From Planctomycetota bacterium (GTDB lineage: Bacteria; Planctomycetota; UBA11346), in the NCBI GenBank assembly GCA_043775355.1, contig JAYVSL010000163.1, positions 1-54,456 of the forward strand: a DNA stretch of 54,456 bases, given 5' to 3'. Each line of letters starts with the position of its first letter. Position 1 is the first letter of the stretch. A program made the position numbers and the translations under genes. Positions 54,349-54,456 of the stretch are shown piece after piece. The notes beneath the pieces are model-generated. The model was given only the letters and a program-made list of their open reading frames with translations. It was not told where the DNA came from and made no database searches.

Positions 54349-54456
54349 TTATCCTTTATCGGCACCGAAGTGACTACCCGAAACATCATCGGGCAACGCC
54401 GCCACCAACACGCCGCCATCGGCCAATTGCCAACGCTCGCGCCGATACCGCACCGT
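54349..54456 (-). pseudogene. Truncated IS66-like transposase fragment (enters from the right edge)
   Basis: Minus strand TVRYRRERWQLADGGVLVAALPDDVSGSHFGA then DKG-stop. This resembles the mid-protein RYRRERW..PDG..APLP..GHFG segment of IS66-like transposases. Confidence 0.65.

Noticed and set aside
1-54456. Anti-phage defence island, prophage, rRNA or tRNA genes
   Set aside because: No nuclease, methylase, integrase, capsid, reverse transcriptase or cas motifs were recognised, and no tRNA or rRNA signatures were seen by eye. queC here is the short housekeeping type without dpd or qat neighbours.

Overview
A GC-rich, mostly housekeeping chromosomal region, probably from a PVC-superphylum bacterium (most likely Planctomycetota). 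That assignment is inferred from a Minf_1886-like gene, a ThiD2-ThiE fusion, a UAP1-like pyrophosphorylase and a nusA operon without rimP. Core genes: nusA-infB-rbfA-gpsA, yidC-mnmE, queC, uvrB, tyrS, thiE. Accessory content: (i) a ~1,900-codon secreted protein (Ig/PQQ-propeller/autotransporter-repeat/PA14) broken by a frameshift and cut by nested IS ends at the left edge; (ii) an operon of Ser/Thr kinase, Minf_1886 and an AI-2E transporter carrying a Ca-loop insert; (iii) a TtpC-type DUF3450-ExbB-ExbB-ExbD-TonB-TPR-MFS cluster with no receptor; (iv) an MCP/solute-binding-protein pair, a PLP decarboxylase and several small basic proteins. The non-coding DNA is rich in structure: an inverted ATCGGAC-heptamer element that invades gene ends and is translated, many 8-15 bp tandem duplications, two ~194-bp REP-like palindromes, two short inverted-repeat elements, two IS66 remnants and an orphan rimP-leader hairpin. 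No rRNA, tRNA or CRISPR array was seen. All family calls come from recognising motifs by eye; no database searches were run.
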